Shown here: positions 19,761-29,619 of the stretch, piece after piece | Layout of the letters: each line of letters starts with the position of its first letter | How positions within the stretch are numbered: the stretch's first letter is position 1 | Source: Armatimonadota bacterium | GTDB lineage: Bacteria > Armatimonadota > UBA5829 > DTJY01 | DNA: 64,000 nucleotides | Assembly: GCA_017993055.1 (NCBI GenBank) | Contig: JAGONM010000020.1 | Coordinates: forward strand, 4,075-68,074 | Reading direction: 5' to 3' | Made by a program: the position numbers and the translations under genes | Notes under the pieces: model-generated | The model's input: the letters and a program-made list of their open reading frames with translations, nothing else | Databases searched by the model: none | What the model was told of the DNA's origin: nothing

Positions 19761-21704
19761 ATGGATTTCGCACGCATTCTCTGCATCGCAATGCTGGCCC
19801 TCGCCGCGGCGGCCTGCGCCGGCACGGTCGAACCCCTGCGGAAAGAGCACCCCTACCTCTTCATCGAGCGGTCGGATGTCCCCGGCATCAAGGACCGGGC
19901 CAGGCGGTTCGACTGGGCCGCCGGCACTCTCGACGCCCTGAAGACCCGCGCCGACGGGTGGCTCCGCCGGAAGATCGAAGTGCCGCCCTCGACTGGCAGG
20001 CACTCCGTCAGCTATGTCTGCAGCGAGTGTATGGAGCCTCTCGAGACGCTCTCTCCGACGGAGCATCGCTGCCCGAAGTGCAGGAAGGTCTACTCCGGCC
20101 TTCCATACGATGCCCATCTCTATAACGGTCGGCACGACGAACTCGCTGCGGCCGCGCGCGATCTCGGTCTGGCGGCCCTGTTCTTCGACAACAAGGCCTA
20201 CGCGAGCAGGTCTCTCCGGATACTGCTGGGGTACGCGGATACATACGACAGCTACCCACTGCTCGACAACCGGGGAGGGCAGGCCGTATCCGCCGCAAGG
20301 GTTTTCGATCAGACGCTGAACGAGGCGATCTGGCTGATTGACATCGCCTGGGCCTACGACCTCGTGCTCGGCGCGGGAGTCGGCAGTCCCGCCGAGCGCG
20401 CCAAGGTAGAAGGCTTGCTTCGGAAATCGGCCGAGACCGTTCAGCGCTACAACCCTCTCAAGAGCAACTGGCAGAGCTGGCACAACGCCGGGCTGATCTG
20501 CGTCGCGCTATGCCTGCGAGACGAAAAGCTGCTCGACAAGGTGCTGAACGGCGACGGCGGGTTCTACTACCAGATGGAGCACAGCGTCCTCTCCGACGGA
20601 GCATGGTACGAGGGGTCCTGGTCCTACCATGCCTACACGATGTCCGCCCTGCTGAGGACCTCCGAGGCCGCCGTGCGCTCCGGCATTGACCTCTACAAGT
20701 CTCCACAGCTCAAGAAGATGCTGGAGGCGCCGCTCAGGTGCCTGATGCCGAACGGCAGGGCCCCCGCGACTAACGACGGGATGGAGCAGGGCGCGAGCGC
20801 CGGCCACTACGAGGTCGCCGCCGCCCGATACGGCGGCCCGATGTTCGAAGACGTCGTCGCCAGGGGGAAACGCGCCGGGTACGATGCGCTCTTTATCGGC
20901 CTGGAGAACCCGAAACGCCGCCCGAGCGCGCTCGGGAGCGACGTCATGGAGGGCATCGGCCTTGCGCTGCTGCGCCGGGGCGATCAGTTCGTCTCTCTCG
21001 ATTTCGGCCCTCACGGCGGAGGTCACGGACATCTGGACAAGCTCGCGGTCAACTACTTTACGCTGGGACGGACCGTCGCGCCCGATCTCGGCCGTGGATG
21101 GCCGTACAACCTACCGATCCATGTGCAGTGGTATAAGAAGACGCTCTCCCACAACACCGTCACCGTTGACGAGATGCCTCAGAAGGAATGTGAGGGCAAG
21201 CTCGAATCACGCGACTTCGAAGGCGACTGCCACACCGCGACGGCCTCCGCCGATGCGGCCTACGACGGCGTCAGCCTGCGCCGGACGGTCGCTCTCGGCG
21301 ACACCTGGCTGCTCGATATCTACGAGGCCTTGAGCGACGCCGAGCACACCTACGACTGGGTGTGGCACGGCCGTGGGGATTTCTCCACCGCGTTGCCGAA
21401 TGCTCCCGCCGAGATGGAGTTCACCCAGCCGAGCTACTCATACCTCAGCAACATTCGGCAGGGCGACGGCTCGAATGACTGGCGCGCGGCGTGGAAGCCG
21501 GAGGGCGGCACGGTCTACGGGCTGTTCAGGGGTGCGTCGGGCCGGGACGTCATCCTCTGCGACGCGCCCGACAACCCGCGGACGAACACGCTCCACAGCG
21601 TGATACTTCGCGACCGGGCGAAGCGGTCGGTCTTCGTCTCGCTGTTCTCCACGAGGCCGATGGACTGGCAGGATCTACCCGCCGAACTGCGGCGGAATCT
21701 CTAG
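19761..21704 (+). CDS. Secreted heparinase II/III-like (alginate-lyase-superfamily) protein with Cys4 cluster
   Basis: Signal peptide. CSECMEPL...CPKCRKVY Cys4 motif. Alpha/alpha-toroid-like region followed by beta-sandwich, 647 aa. Family assignment is tentative. Confidence 0.3.
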   Translation: MDFARILCIAMLALAAAACAGTVEPLRKEHPYLFIERSDVPGIKDRARRFDWAAGTLDALKTRADGWLRRKIEVPPSTGRHSVSYVCSECMEPLETLSPTEHRCPKCRKVYSGLPYDAHLYNGRHDELAAAARDLGLAALFFDNKAYASRSLRILLGYADTYDSYPLLDNRGGQAVSAARVFDQTLNEAIWLIDIAWAYDLVLGAGVGSPAERAKVEGLLRKSAETVQRYNPLKSNWQSWHNAGLICVALCLRDEKLLDKVLNGDGGFYYQMEHSVLSDGAWYEGSWSYHAYTMSALLRTSEAAVRSGIDLYKSPQLKKMLEAPLRCLMPNGRAPATNDGMEQGASAGHYEVAAARYGGPMFEDVVARGKRAGYDALFIGLENPKRRPSALGSDVMEGIGLALLRRGDQFVSLDFGPHGGGHGHLDKLAVNYFTLGRTVAPDLGRGWPYNLPIHVQWYKKTLSHNTVTVDEMPQKECEGKLESRDFEGDCHTATASADAAYDGVSLRRTVALGDTWLLDIYEALSDAEHTYDWVWHGRGDFSTALPNAPAEMEFTQPSYSYLSNIRQGDGSNDWRAAWKPEGGTVYGLFRGASGRDVILCDAPDNPRTNTLHSVILRDRAKRSVFVSLFSTRPMDWQDLPAELRRNL

Positions 21705-21736
21705 GTGACAAAATCGGATCCGGAGGTGATCGCGGC

Positions 21737-22960
21737 ATGGCCGAACTCACGAGTGTTTCCCCGAACGAGAGGATCAGGATCGGATGTATCGGAGTCGGCG
21801 GGATGGGCACCGGCAACATGAAGAGCTTCATGAACCATCCAGAGGTCGAGGTGGTCGCCGTCTGCGATGTGGACTCGGACAATCTCAGAAAAGCCTCGGC
21901 GACGGTCTTGAAGAAGTCCGGCAGGCTCCCGAGGGCGGTCAAGGACTTCCGCGACGTTCTCGATATGAAGGAGGTAGACGCGGTGGTGATCGCCACGCCC
22001 GACCACTGGCATGCGCTGCCCTTCATCATGGCGTGCGAGGCGGGCAAGGACGTCTTCTGCGAGAAGCCGATCTCGCACGACATCTGGGAGGGCCGCCAGA
22101 TGGTCGGGGCGGCGAAGCACCACAAGCGTGTCGTGCAGATCAACACCTGGCAGCGTAGCGTTCCTCACTTCAGGGATGCGATAGACTTCGTACGCGAGGG
22201 CGGAGCCGGCAGGATCAGGGTATGCCGCGCATGGATCACGAGTATCGGCGGGCTGGGCAGGAACCCGATCAAGGACCCGCCGGAGAACCTCGACTGGGAC
22301 TTCTGGTGCGGGCCTGCGCCGAGGGTGCCCTACCACGATACCTACCATCCGCGCTGGTGGCGGCTCTACTACGACTTCGGCACCGGACTCGCCGGCGACT
22401 GGGGCGTGCACATGGTTGATATCGCGCTCCTCGGCATGAACGCTACTAGTCCGCTCGAGGTCTCCTCAGTCGGCGGGAAGATCGTCGCGGGCGAGGACGA
22501 CGATCGCACCACCCCGGACACCCAGATGGCGGTCTACAAGTTCGACGGCTGGGTGATGAACTGGGAGCTTCACGTCGGCGGCGAGGGGCTCGACGGGAGC
22601 AAGAACTCCCACGGTACGGAGTTCGTCGGCGAGAAGGGCAAGCTGATCGTAGACCGCGGCGGCATCAATTGGACCCCGTTCGGCGATCACCCCGGCCCCG
22701 AGGCGAAGAACCCGAAGCGCGACCACATCGGCGAGTTCCTGGCCAACATGAAGACCCGTGAAAAGTGCGTCTCGGACATCGAGTCCATGTACTACACGAC
22801 GACGGCCTGCCACCTCGCTAACCTGTCGTACCAGGCGGGACGGAGCATCAAGTGGGACGGCGCGAAGGGTGAGGTCGTCGGCGACCGGAAGGCGATGGAT
22901 TTCCCGGCCTATCGGCGCGAGTACAGGAAACCTTGGAAACTGCCGGTGTACAAGGCATGA
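21737..22960 (+). CDS. Gfo/Idh/MocA family oxidoreductase (cytoplasmic paralog A)
   Basis: IRIGCIGVGGMGTGNM Rossmann motif and EKPISHDIWEG. GGAGG RBS before the ATG at 21737. The ORF-track start at 21491 overlaps the upstream gene and is rejected. Confidence 0.7.
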   Translation: MAELTSVSPNERIRIGCIGVGGMGTGNMKSFMNHPEVEVVAVCDVDSDNLRKASATVLKKSGRLPRAVKDFRDVLDMKEVDAVVIATPDHWHALPFIMACEAGKDVFCEKPISHDIWEGRQMVGAAKHHKRVVQINTWQRSVPHFRDAIDFVREGGAGRIRVCRAWITSIGGLGRNPIKDPPENLDWDFWCGPAPRVPYHDTYHPRWWRLYYDFGTGLAGDWGVHMVDIALLGMNATSPLEVSSVGGKIVAGEDDDRTTPDTQMAVYKFDGWVMNWELHVGGEGLDGSKNSHGTEFVGEKGKLIVDRGGINWTPFGDHPGPEAKNPKRDHIGEFLANMKTREKCVSDIESMYYTTTACHLANLSYQAGRSIKWDGAKGEVVGDRKAMDFPAYRREYRKPWKLPVYKA

Positions 22961-22966
22961 GGAAAC

Positions 22967-23021
22967 GGTGGAGTAGTGGAGTGATAGAGAACCCGGAAGC
23001 CCGGCGCTCCACCACTCCACC
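22967..23021. terminator. Candidate bidirectional terminator / long inverted repeat between convergent genes
   Basis: GGTGGAGTAGTGGAG ...25 nt... CTCCACCACTCCACC (14 of 15 bp complementary). Confidence 0.4.
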
Positions 23022-23032
23022 ATTCCATTCGC

Positions 23033-23548
23033 TTACGTATTCATCCAGTTCCAGACGTGAATCTCCTCGGAGGCGAACCAGTCTCCGGTGTGCTGAAGGT
23101 AGTTGTAGACGTTCTCCAGCGCCGTCAGGTGCTTGAGTTCCTCCTTGAGCAGGGCCCGGAAGAACACGCGCTCGGCCTCCGATTCGGCCTCTTCCGCGAA
23201 CTTGGTGTAAAGGGCATGGCCCTCGCGCTCGAGGTTCGTCGCGTACTCGTAGGCTTCAGCGTTGTCCAGCGTCCAGGCGTCGCGCTCGGTCCACTCCGAG
23301 CCTTCGAATATCCGGCGGACGGCGTCCTCAAGGGATCCCGCGGGCGCCGAGAGCGATTCGCCCGCTCCGGTCTCCTCGGACAACTCCCGGATGCGGTCCA
23401 TGTGATAGAGCTCTTCCTGCGCGAGTCCGGCGAATACCCCCTTCGTCAATGGGTTCTCCGACTGGTCGGCGATTCGTTTGTAGTAGTCATGCCCTCTCTG
23501 CTCGAACTCCAGGGCCGCTCTCAGCGCTTCCGACTGCACGGTGCTCAT
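23033..23548 (-). CDS. Rubrerythrin-like ferritin-fold diiron protein (no rubredoxin domain)
   Basis: E..H motifs: ELYHMDRI and ELKHLTALE paired helices. 171 aa. Confidence 0.55.
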   Translation of the reverse strand: MSTVQSEALRAALEFEQRGHDYYKRIADQSENPLTKGVFAGLAQEELYHMDRIRELSEETGAGESLSAPAGSLEDAVRRIFEGSEWTERDAWTLDNAEAYEYATNLEREGHALYTKFAEEAESEAERVFFRALLKEELKHLTALENVYNYLQHTGDWFASEEIHVWNWMNT

Positions 23549-23556
23549 ATTTCACC

Positions 23557-24072
23557 TCATTCCGCAGCGGCGGCGGGCGGTGTGAACACCCGCTGCCCAA
23601 GCTCGCGATCGATCATAAACATACCGTTTGGAGCGTCCTTCAGCAGCTTGATCTGCTCGAGAATGCCGCTCGCGTTCTTCTCTTCCTCGACCTGCTCCGT
23701 CACGAACCACTGAAGCACCGAGTTGGTCGCGTGGTCGCGCTCCTCGATCGCCAGGTTCACGAGGTCGTTTATCAGCGCCGTCACCTTCTGCTCGTGCTTG
23801 TACGTGTCTTCGAACGGCGCGATCGGCGACTTCCAGTCGGTCGGCGGCTTCTCGATCGCGGTCAGGATGGCTCTCCCCCCGCGAGCGTTGATGTAGTCGT
23901 ATATCTTCATCGCGTGAAAGGTCTCTTCCTGGTACTGAACGCGCATCCAGTTGGCGAAACCCGGCAGGTTGACTGACTCGTAGTAGGCGGACATTGACAG
24001 GTAGAAGTACGCCGAGTACAACTCCGCGTTCACCTGCTTGTTCAGTGCGTCCTGCATCTTCTTGCTCAGCAT
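23557..24072 (-). CDS. Non-haem ferritin
   Basis: [17 protein letters not shown]...[13 protein letters not shown] is classic Ftn. Confidence 0.75.
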   Translation of the reverse strand: MLSKKMQDALNKQVNAELYSAYFYLSMSAYYESVNLPGFANWMRVQYQEETFHAMKIYDYINARGGRAILTAIEKPPTDWKSPIAPFEDTYKHEQKVTALINDLVNLAIEERDHATNSVLQWFVTEQVEEEKNASGILEQIKLLKDAPNGMFMIDRELGQRVFTPPAAAAE

Positions 24073-24177
24073 GATTGTCTTCTCCTTCGGTGGTGCGTGA
24101 CCACGCTGATTGATGATTGCGCCGGTTTCCCCGGCAAGTTGTTCTTACCCCGCCGGGTCGGTATCTACACATGGGGC

Positions 24178-24243
24178 GGGCGGGAGTACAACTCCCGCCC
24201 TGGCATGCTCTCTACGTTGGGGCAGGAGTTGTACTCCTGCCCC
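24178..24243. repeat. Family H hairpins x2 (GGGnnGGAG-pentaloop-CTCCnnCCC)
   Basis: GGGCGGGAG-TACAA-CTCCCGCCC (24178-24200) and GGGGCAGGAG-TTGTA-CTCCTGCCCC (24219-24243). Confidence 0.6.
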
Positions 24244-24303
24244 GTCGGTCATCTCCCATCTTCGTCCATCCGTGTTCTTCGGCGGCTGACGTTCCGCCCG
24301 GCG

Positions 24304-25668
24304 CTAGCTCCACTCGTACTTCGGGAGCTTCCACGGCCTGCGGTAGTCCCTCTTGTATGCCCTGCAGCTCATAGCCTTGCGGTCGCCGATTACCTCGCCC
24401 TTCGCGCCGTCCCACTTGATGCTCCGGCCGGCCTGGTACGCCAGGTTCGAGAGATGGCAGGCGGTCGTCGTGTAGTACATGGACTCGATGTCCGACCGGC
24501 ACTTGCCGCGCGTCTTCACGTTCTCCAGGAAGTCGCCGATGTGGTTCGCATCCGACCAGCGGTTAGGCGCGTCCCCGCCCTGGTCCTTGCCGGCATCCTG
24601 AGGGCCGGGGTTGTCGCCGTACGGGGTCCAGTCAATGCCCTCTCGGGTGACGATCATCTTGCCCTTCTCGCCGATGAACTCGGCGCCGTGTCCGACCTTG
24701 CTCCCGTCGAGACCCTCGCCGCCGCACTTGATCTCCCAGTTCATGACCCAGTCCGGGAACCTGTAGACGGCCATCATAGTGTCGGGGCTGTCCCGGTCGT
24801 CGTCCGGGTCGCAGAACAGCTTGCCGCCGACCGCCGCCACTTCCAGCGGAGAAGTCGCATTCATGCCGAGAAGGATGATGTCAATCATGTGGACGCCCCA
24901 GTCGCCGCTCATGCCGGTGCCGTAGTCGTAGTAGAGCCGCCACATGCCGGGGTGATAGGTGTCGTGATACGGGTTCTTCGGCGCGGGTCCGCACCAGAAG
25001 TCCCAGTCGAGATTTGCGGGCGGGTCCTTGATCGGGTTCTTGCCGAGTCCTCCGGGGCCGTTGACCCATGCGCGGCAGACGCGGACCTTGCCCATGCCGC
25101 CGGACCGCACGAAGTCGATCGCCTGGCGGAAGAAGCCGACGCTCCGCTGCCAGGTGTTGATCTGGCTGACTCGTCCGAATCGCTTGGCCGCCCCGACCAT
25201 CTGTCGGCCTTCCCATATGTCATGGGATATCGGCTTCTCGCAGAAAACGTCCTTGCCCGCCTCGCAGGCCGTGATGAACGGCAGCGCATGCCAGTGGTCG
25301 GGCGTGCCGATCATGACGGCGTCGATCTCCTTCATGTCGAGCAGCTCGCGGAAGTCCTTGAAAGCCTTCGGTTTCCGGCCGTACTTGCCTTCGACCATGC
25401 CGGCGGCTCTGTTCAGGAAGTTCGAGTCAACGTCGCACACGGCGACCACCTCGACCTCCGGCTGCTCCATGAACGCATTCATGTTGCCGGTGCCCATGCC
25501 GCCCACTCCGATCGCTCCCATCAGGATCTTGTCGTTCGCGCCGACCCTCGGGGCCTGCGCCCGGGCCGGGGTCGCGAGTGCGCCGGCCACGGTCACTCCG
25601 AGTCCCACTCCGAGCGCCGCTTTTCCGCTCGTTTCCAGAAACTCTCTCCTGTTCATCCGATCTTTCAT
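24304..25668 (-). CDS. Gfo/Idh/MocA family oxidoreductase with Tat signal peptide (periplasmic paralog B, GH109-like architecture)
   Basis: MKDRMNRREFLETSG...ARA Tat motif. About 70% identical to paralog A over the catalytic core. ORF-track start at 25749 trimmed to 25668. Confidence 0.65.
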   Translation of the reverse strand: MKDRMNRREFLETSGKAALGVGLGVTVAGALATPARAQAPRVGANDKILMGAIGVGGMGTGNMNAFMEQPEVEVVAVCDVDSNFLNRAAGMVEGKYGRKPKAFKDFRELLDMKEIDAVMIGTPDHWHALPFITACEAGKDVFCEKPISHDIWEGRQMVGAAKRFGRVSQINTWQRSVGFFRQAIDFVRSGGMGKVRVCRAWVNGPGGLGKNPIKDPPANLDWDFWCGPAPKNPYHDTYHPGMWRLYYDYGTGMSGDWGVHMIDIILLGMNATSPLEVAAVGGKLFCDPDDDRDSPDTMMAVYRFPDWVMNWEIKCGGEGLDGSKVGHGAEFIGEKGKMIVTREGIDWTPYGDNPGPQDAGKDQGGDAPNRWSDANHIGDFLENVKTRGKCRSDIESMYYTTTACHLSNLAYQAGRSIKWDGAKGEVIGDRKAMSCRAYKRDYRRPWKLPKYEWS

Positions 25669-25753
25669 AGTCCCGGCTACCTCCGATAAAGGTTCGTGGT
25701 CGTGTTGCAGCGATACTGCTTTCCGCATGTGATCGAGGGATTCCTGCACCTGT

Positions 25754-25789
25754 GAGTCCCATCGGTCGCATGAGTCCTATAGGACCTAT
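25754..25789. repeat. Family B array
   Basis: GAGTCCCAT CGGTCGCAT GAGTCCTAT AGGACCTAT, 9-bp period, between the sulfatase stop and the Gfo-B start. Confidence 0.55.
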
Positions 25790-27171
25790 GCGCCCAGCGA
25801 CTTCTGCCACTTCTGTACCGCAGCTGTCAATTCGGATGTCAGTTCCGGATGCTCGTCGGCGAGATTCGTCCTCTCGCCCGGATCGGCCTCCAGGTCAGAC
25901 AGGTGTACGTCATCCGCCGCGCCTTTCTCGAAGTCAATCCTGCCGTTGAGCACCAGCTTCCACTTCCCCTGGCGGACGGCGAGCTGGCCGTTGTAGTCCC
26001 AGAAGACCCGCTCGTGCGGGCTCGGAGCACCGGATGTCACCATCGGAAGGACGTCGGCCCCGTCAACGTCCTCCGCTTCTCCGCCCGCAATCCCGAGGAA
26101 CGTCGGGAAGATGTCCATCATCGCGCCGACCTTCCCGCAGGTCTGCCCCGCCTCGATGCGCGCGGGCCAGGTCATGATCGCCGGCATGCGGATTCCGCCC
26201 TCGAACAGGCTGCCCTTTTGCCCGCGGAAGATGCCCGTGCTGCCGCCGTAGTACGGGTCCTCCGTGCCGTCGAGCCAGTTGCGGGTCTCCACGGACGGCC
26301 CGTTGTCGCTGGAGAAGAAGATGACGGTGTCCTCGTATTGCCCCGACTTCTTGAGCGCCTTGATTGTCTCGCCGACGCCGTCGTCCACCGCGGAGATCAT
26401 CGCGGCCATGATCCGCTTGTCCCACGGCAGGTCGGGGTAGCGGTCGAGGTACTTCTGAGGCGCGTGCATCGGGTAGTGCGGTGCGCTGTACGGCACGTAC
26501 AGGAAGAACGGCTCTTCGCGCTTCTGCTCGATGAACTTGACCGACTTTTCGGTGATGGCCTCGGTCAGATACCTCCCGTTGTCCCATACCTCCCGCTCGT
26601 TGTGCCAGAGATCATGGGTCGGGTTGTTGCCCTTGCCGACCCCCCAGTAGAAGATGTGCGAGTAGTAGTCTACGCACCCGGCCAGGAAGCCGTAGAACTC
26701 GTCGAACCCGTGGTCGTTCGGGCGGCATCCGCCCGCGAGGCCGAGGTGCCACTTGCCGAACATCGCCGTCCGGTACCCGAGCGGCCTGAGCGCCTTCGCA
26801 ATCGTGGTCTGATCGGGCTTGAGGCCGGGTGTGTCCCTCCGGCCCGCGAGGATGCTCGTCACCCCGGCGTTCTGGGGGTACTTTCCGGTCAGCAGCGACG
26901 CCCTCGACGGCGAGCAGACCGGGCAGTTCGAGTACCAGTTCGTGAACCGCGCGCCGTCCTTCGCCAGCGCATCGAGGTGCGGCGTCTTGATGTACTCCGA
27001 GCCGAAGCAGCCCAGGTCGCCGTACCCGAGGTCGTCGCAGTAGATCACGACGAGGTTCGGCTTCTTCCCGCGCTCACTCGCGCCGATCGCCTCAGACATA
27101 CTCATCCCTCCCAGCGCGGCCGCCGCCGCCGATGTCTTCAGGAACGTTCTTCTGTCCAAAGTCATCCCCAT
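25786..27171 (-). CDS. Cys-type sulfatase with Tat signal
   Basis: MGMTLDRRTFLKTSAAAAALGG Tat signal. CSPSRASLLTGKYP sulfatase signature. The ORF-track N-terminal Arg-rich 200 aa is spurious. Confidence 0.85.
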   Translation of the reverse strand: MGMTLDRRTFLKTSAAAAALGGMSMSEAIGASERGKKPNLVVIYCDDLGYGDLGCFGSEYIKTPHLDALAKDGARFTNWYSNCPVCSPSRASLLTGKYPQNAGVTSILAGRRDTPGLKPDQTTIAKALRPLGYRTAMFGKWHLGLAGGCRPNDHGFDEFYGFLAGCVDYYSHIFYWGVGKGNNPTHDLWHNEREVWDNGRYLTEAITEKSVKFIEQKREEPFFLYVPYSAPHYPMHAPQKYLDRYPDLPWDKRIMAAMISAVDDGVGETIKALKKSGQYEDTVIFFSSDNGPSVETRNWLDGTEDPYYGGSTGIFRGQKGSLFEGGIRMPAIMTWPARIEAGQTCGKVGAMMDIFPTFLGIAGGEAEDVDGADVLPMVTSGAPSPHERVFWDYNGQLAVRQGKWKLVLNGRIDFEKGAADDVHLSDLEADPGERTNLADEHPELTSELTAAVQKWQKSLGA

Positions 27172-27201
27172 CCTGTCCGACCGGTCAGACAAGTCGGACT
27201 C
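27172..27201. repeat. Family A array bridging a stop codon and a start codon
   Basis: GTCCGACcgGTCAGACaaGTCGGAC at 9-bp spacing. Overlaps the stop of the 27185 gene and ends 1 nt before the sulfatase ATG (27171). Confidence 0.6.
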
Positions 27202-29116
27202 CCTGCGAAATCCACACGGGGCTGAGCCAGGCGATCTGGTTGTCCTCCTGGGTGACCCTGATGTAGTAGAACGTGAACGGCGCCGCCGAGTACTCTGCAG
27301 GCGGCAGGTTGATCCCCCCGAGCGGCTCGGAGTCGAGCCATTCGAACTCCGCGTCCGGTCCGTCCGGACGGACCGTGTGGACATCGGCGTTGTTGCGGAC
27401 GATCTCGATCGTCTTGATCTTGGACGTGCCGTGGACAGACACCTTGATCCGCCGCTCGTCCGCGAGTCCCGGGTGCTCCGAGAGGCTGACCTCCGAGCCC
27501 ATCGGGTGGCCGCTGACCGAGAAGTCCGCGATGATCCGCGCTCCTGTCGTCCCATAGCAGCGCCGGTCGTAGAGAGCCTCGAATATCGCCTCGCGAGTGT
27601 TCTCACGCGCGTACACCGCCGCCAGTCCGCCGGTGTACGTGCCCGTCGGTTTGATGCGGACCGTGCCGTCGCTCGGATGGCCTGAGTGGTCGTCGCTCGC
27701 GGCGATGAAACCGACGCGCCACCCCATCGCCAGCGCGCGCTGGACGTAGCCGAGCGGGTTGATCCCCGAGTTCGGGTTGCGCTCATTCACCGGCGACCCC
27801 GGAAGGATGTTCCCGTCCTCGATGCTCCGCTCGGAGCACCCCCAGTAAGAGTATATCTCGACGAGCCGCTCCTTCGAGGGGTTGTGGTCCTTCCAGTCGT
27901 TGTGGTTGCCGATGTGCGCCGGGTGGTGCGGGATGACGAGCGCCTCCTCTTCCTTGAGCGCTCGGAAGAGGTCCGGCGGACTGGGATAGGCGTCGTCGTC
28001 CGACCGGTACATCGGCCGCCGGTCGCGCAGGTAGTAGACGTTCCGGTCGCCGTCGCCCCTCTTTCGCCACTTTGCCCACTCGTAACCGAGGAACGCGGTG
28101 AACCGCCCCGGCTCATTGTATCTTGCGACGGCCTCCTGGCTGAGCGCCCATATCTCGTCGGTGATCTGCTCGCCGTGATCATGGTCGGCGGTCGAGCCGA
28201 AGTCGATCGCGCACTCGTCGCGCATCTGCGAGAAGTACCGGTCGAGCGAGCCGGTGCCGTCGGAGACCTGCGTGTGCCCGTGGATCGAGCCCCAGAGCAC
28301 TTGCGGCGCGCCGTCCGCGGGGACTCGGATCGGGTTCGCGGTTGCCCTGAAGCCGTTCGACGTGTCCGCGACCTCGAGCCGGTAGACGCCCTCTCCCGGC
28401 AGGGCGATCCCTTCGAGTCGGCAGCAGTTCGATCCCTCGACCGCGATGCGCTCTGCGGGGATCTCCAGACCGTCCAGCTGGACGAGCAGCTCTCCGGGAG
28501 CGGCGCAGGCGAGGTTGTAGTTCTTGTCCTCGGGCCTGACCAGCAGGGCAATGCTCTCACCGTGAGAGGCGGTGCTGGGCGCGTGAACGCGGATCGAGAT
28601 CGGATCGCTCCCGGAGACGTCCATCATGCAGAGGCCGATCAGTTCCTCCGGCCGTTCGCCGTAGAGCAGGGGATGCCTCAACTCCGTGCCCGCCGGGACC
28701 TTGTGCAGGAGGAAGAATCTGCTTGAGACCGAGAACTTCGGCGCTGGGATTCCCGCAGGCCCGCCGAGTTCGGCGCGCAGCCTGTCGCCCTGCTTGAGGC
28801 CGACCGGCGGCGTCTCGAAGCAGAACACTCCCCCGTCGTCGGTCGCCCCCCTCGGTGTGAGCGTTCCGGACTCCGAGCGGAGCGACAGATAACCCTCGGC
28901 GGATTCGTCCTGCGCCTGGAAGCCCGGCCAGCGGCTCGCCCCGTTTCGCCCGCCGTGGACGTGCAGCCACAGGTCCTCCCCCGGCGAGACGTCCTGCGCA
29001 AGCACGAACGAGAGCGTCCATGATCCTCGCTCGTCCGCCTTGGCACAGGGTGGATCGGCGGCGCACATCTCGATGTATTCAGGAACTCTCAGGGGGCGAC
29101 TTGGTTTGTTGATCAT
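27185..29116 (-). CDS. DUF3604-like PHP-type metal-dependent phosphoesterase family protein
   Basis: LWGSIHGHTQVSDGTG and ADHDH motifs (PHP-like) in the C-terminal half. 643 aa. Confidence 0.4.
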   Translation of the reverse strand: MINKPSRPLRVPEYIEMCAADPPCAKADERGSWTLSFVLAQDVSPGEDLWLHVHGGRNGASRWPGFQAQDESAEGYLSLRSESGTLTPRGATDDGGVFCFETPPVGLKQGDRLRAELGGPAGIPAPKFSVSSRFFLLHKVPAGTELRHPLLYGERPEELIGLCMMDVSGSDPISIRVHAPSTASHGESIALLVRPEDKNYNLACAAPGELLVQLDGLEIPAERIAVEGSNCCRLEGIALPGEGVYRLEVADTSNGFRATANPIRVPADGAPQVLWGSIHGHTQVSDGTGSLDRYFSQMRDECAIDFGSTADHDHGEQITDEIWALSQEAVARYNEPGRFTAFLGYEWAKWRKRGDGDRNVYYLRDRRPMYRSDDDAYPSPPDLFRALKEEEALVIPHHPAHIGNHNDWKDHNPSKERLVEIYSYWGCSERSIEDGNILPGSPVNERNPNSGINPLGYVQRALAMGWRVGFIAASDDHSGHPSDGTVRIKPTGTYTGGLAAVYARENTREAIFEALYDRRCYGTTGARIIADFSVSGHPMGSEVSLSEHPGLADERRIKVSVHGTSKIKTIEIVRNNADVHTVRPDGPDAEFEWLDSEPLGGINLPPAEYSAAPFTFYYIRVTQEDNQIAWLSPVWISQGVRLV

Positions 29117-29139
29117 TCATCCAACCTCGAGTATCTGTT

Positions 29140-29619
29140 CCGGGCGACTGAAGTCACGGCAACAAAGGCGCGAAGTCCACCTCCGTGGACTGAGGTATCC
29201 AGTGTCCGAAGGGACACTTCGTGCAGTGGTTGCCGCGGTTTCAACCGCCGGGTTTCATCTCACTTACTTTCTTGTACGGCTCCGGCACGGTGACGAACCT
29301 GAATCCCCGCGCCTTCAGCGCCGCCGACGTGGCAGATGCATGTATGTACCGGGCGACTGAAGTCACGGCAACAAGGGCGCGAAGTCCACCTCCGTGGACT
29401 GAGGTATCCAGTGTCCGAAGGGACACTTCGTGCCGTGGTTGCCGCGGTTTCAACCGCCGGGTTTCATTTCACTTACTTCCTTGTACAGGTCCGGCACCGT
29501 GACGAACCTGTCACCCTCAGCTATGTACCGGGCGACTGAAGTCACGGCAACAAGGGCGCGAAGTCCACCTCCGTGGACTGAGGTATCCAGTGTCCGAAGG
29601 GACACTTCGTGCCGTGGTT
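29140..29619. repeat. Tandem triplication (about 209 + 179 + 92 bp) of the 3' coding end of gene 29620-31323 plus a two-hairpin 3'UTR element
   Basis: Unit is ccgggcgactgaagtcacggcaacaagggcgcgaagtccacctccgtggactgaggtatccagtgtccgaagggacacttcgtgc... plus gene-3' remnants encoding LKARGFRFVTVPE(L/P/D)YK(E/K)VSEMKPGG. Hairpins GTCCAC-CTCC-GTGGAC and AGTGTCC-GAAG-GGACACT. Confidence 0.7.

Noticed and set aside
25786-27786. 666-aa ORF-track version of the sulfatase with a 200-aa Arg/Ser/Thr-rich N-terminal extension overlapping the DUF3604-like gene.
   Set aside because: The real start is the Tat-signal MGMTLDRRTFL at 27171. The upstream region belongs to the neighbouring gene, whose stop is at 27185.
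29241-29539. Small ORFs 29241-29453(-) and 29336-29539(+) encoding ...LKARGFRFVTVPEPYKKVSEMKPGG and similar.
   Set aside because: These are fragments of the duplicated 3' end of the adjacent gene inside the tandem repeat, not independent genes. Pseudogene remnants at best.
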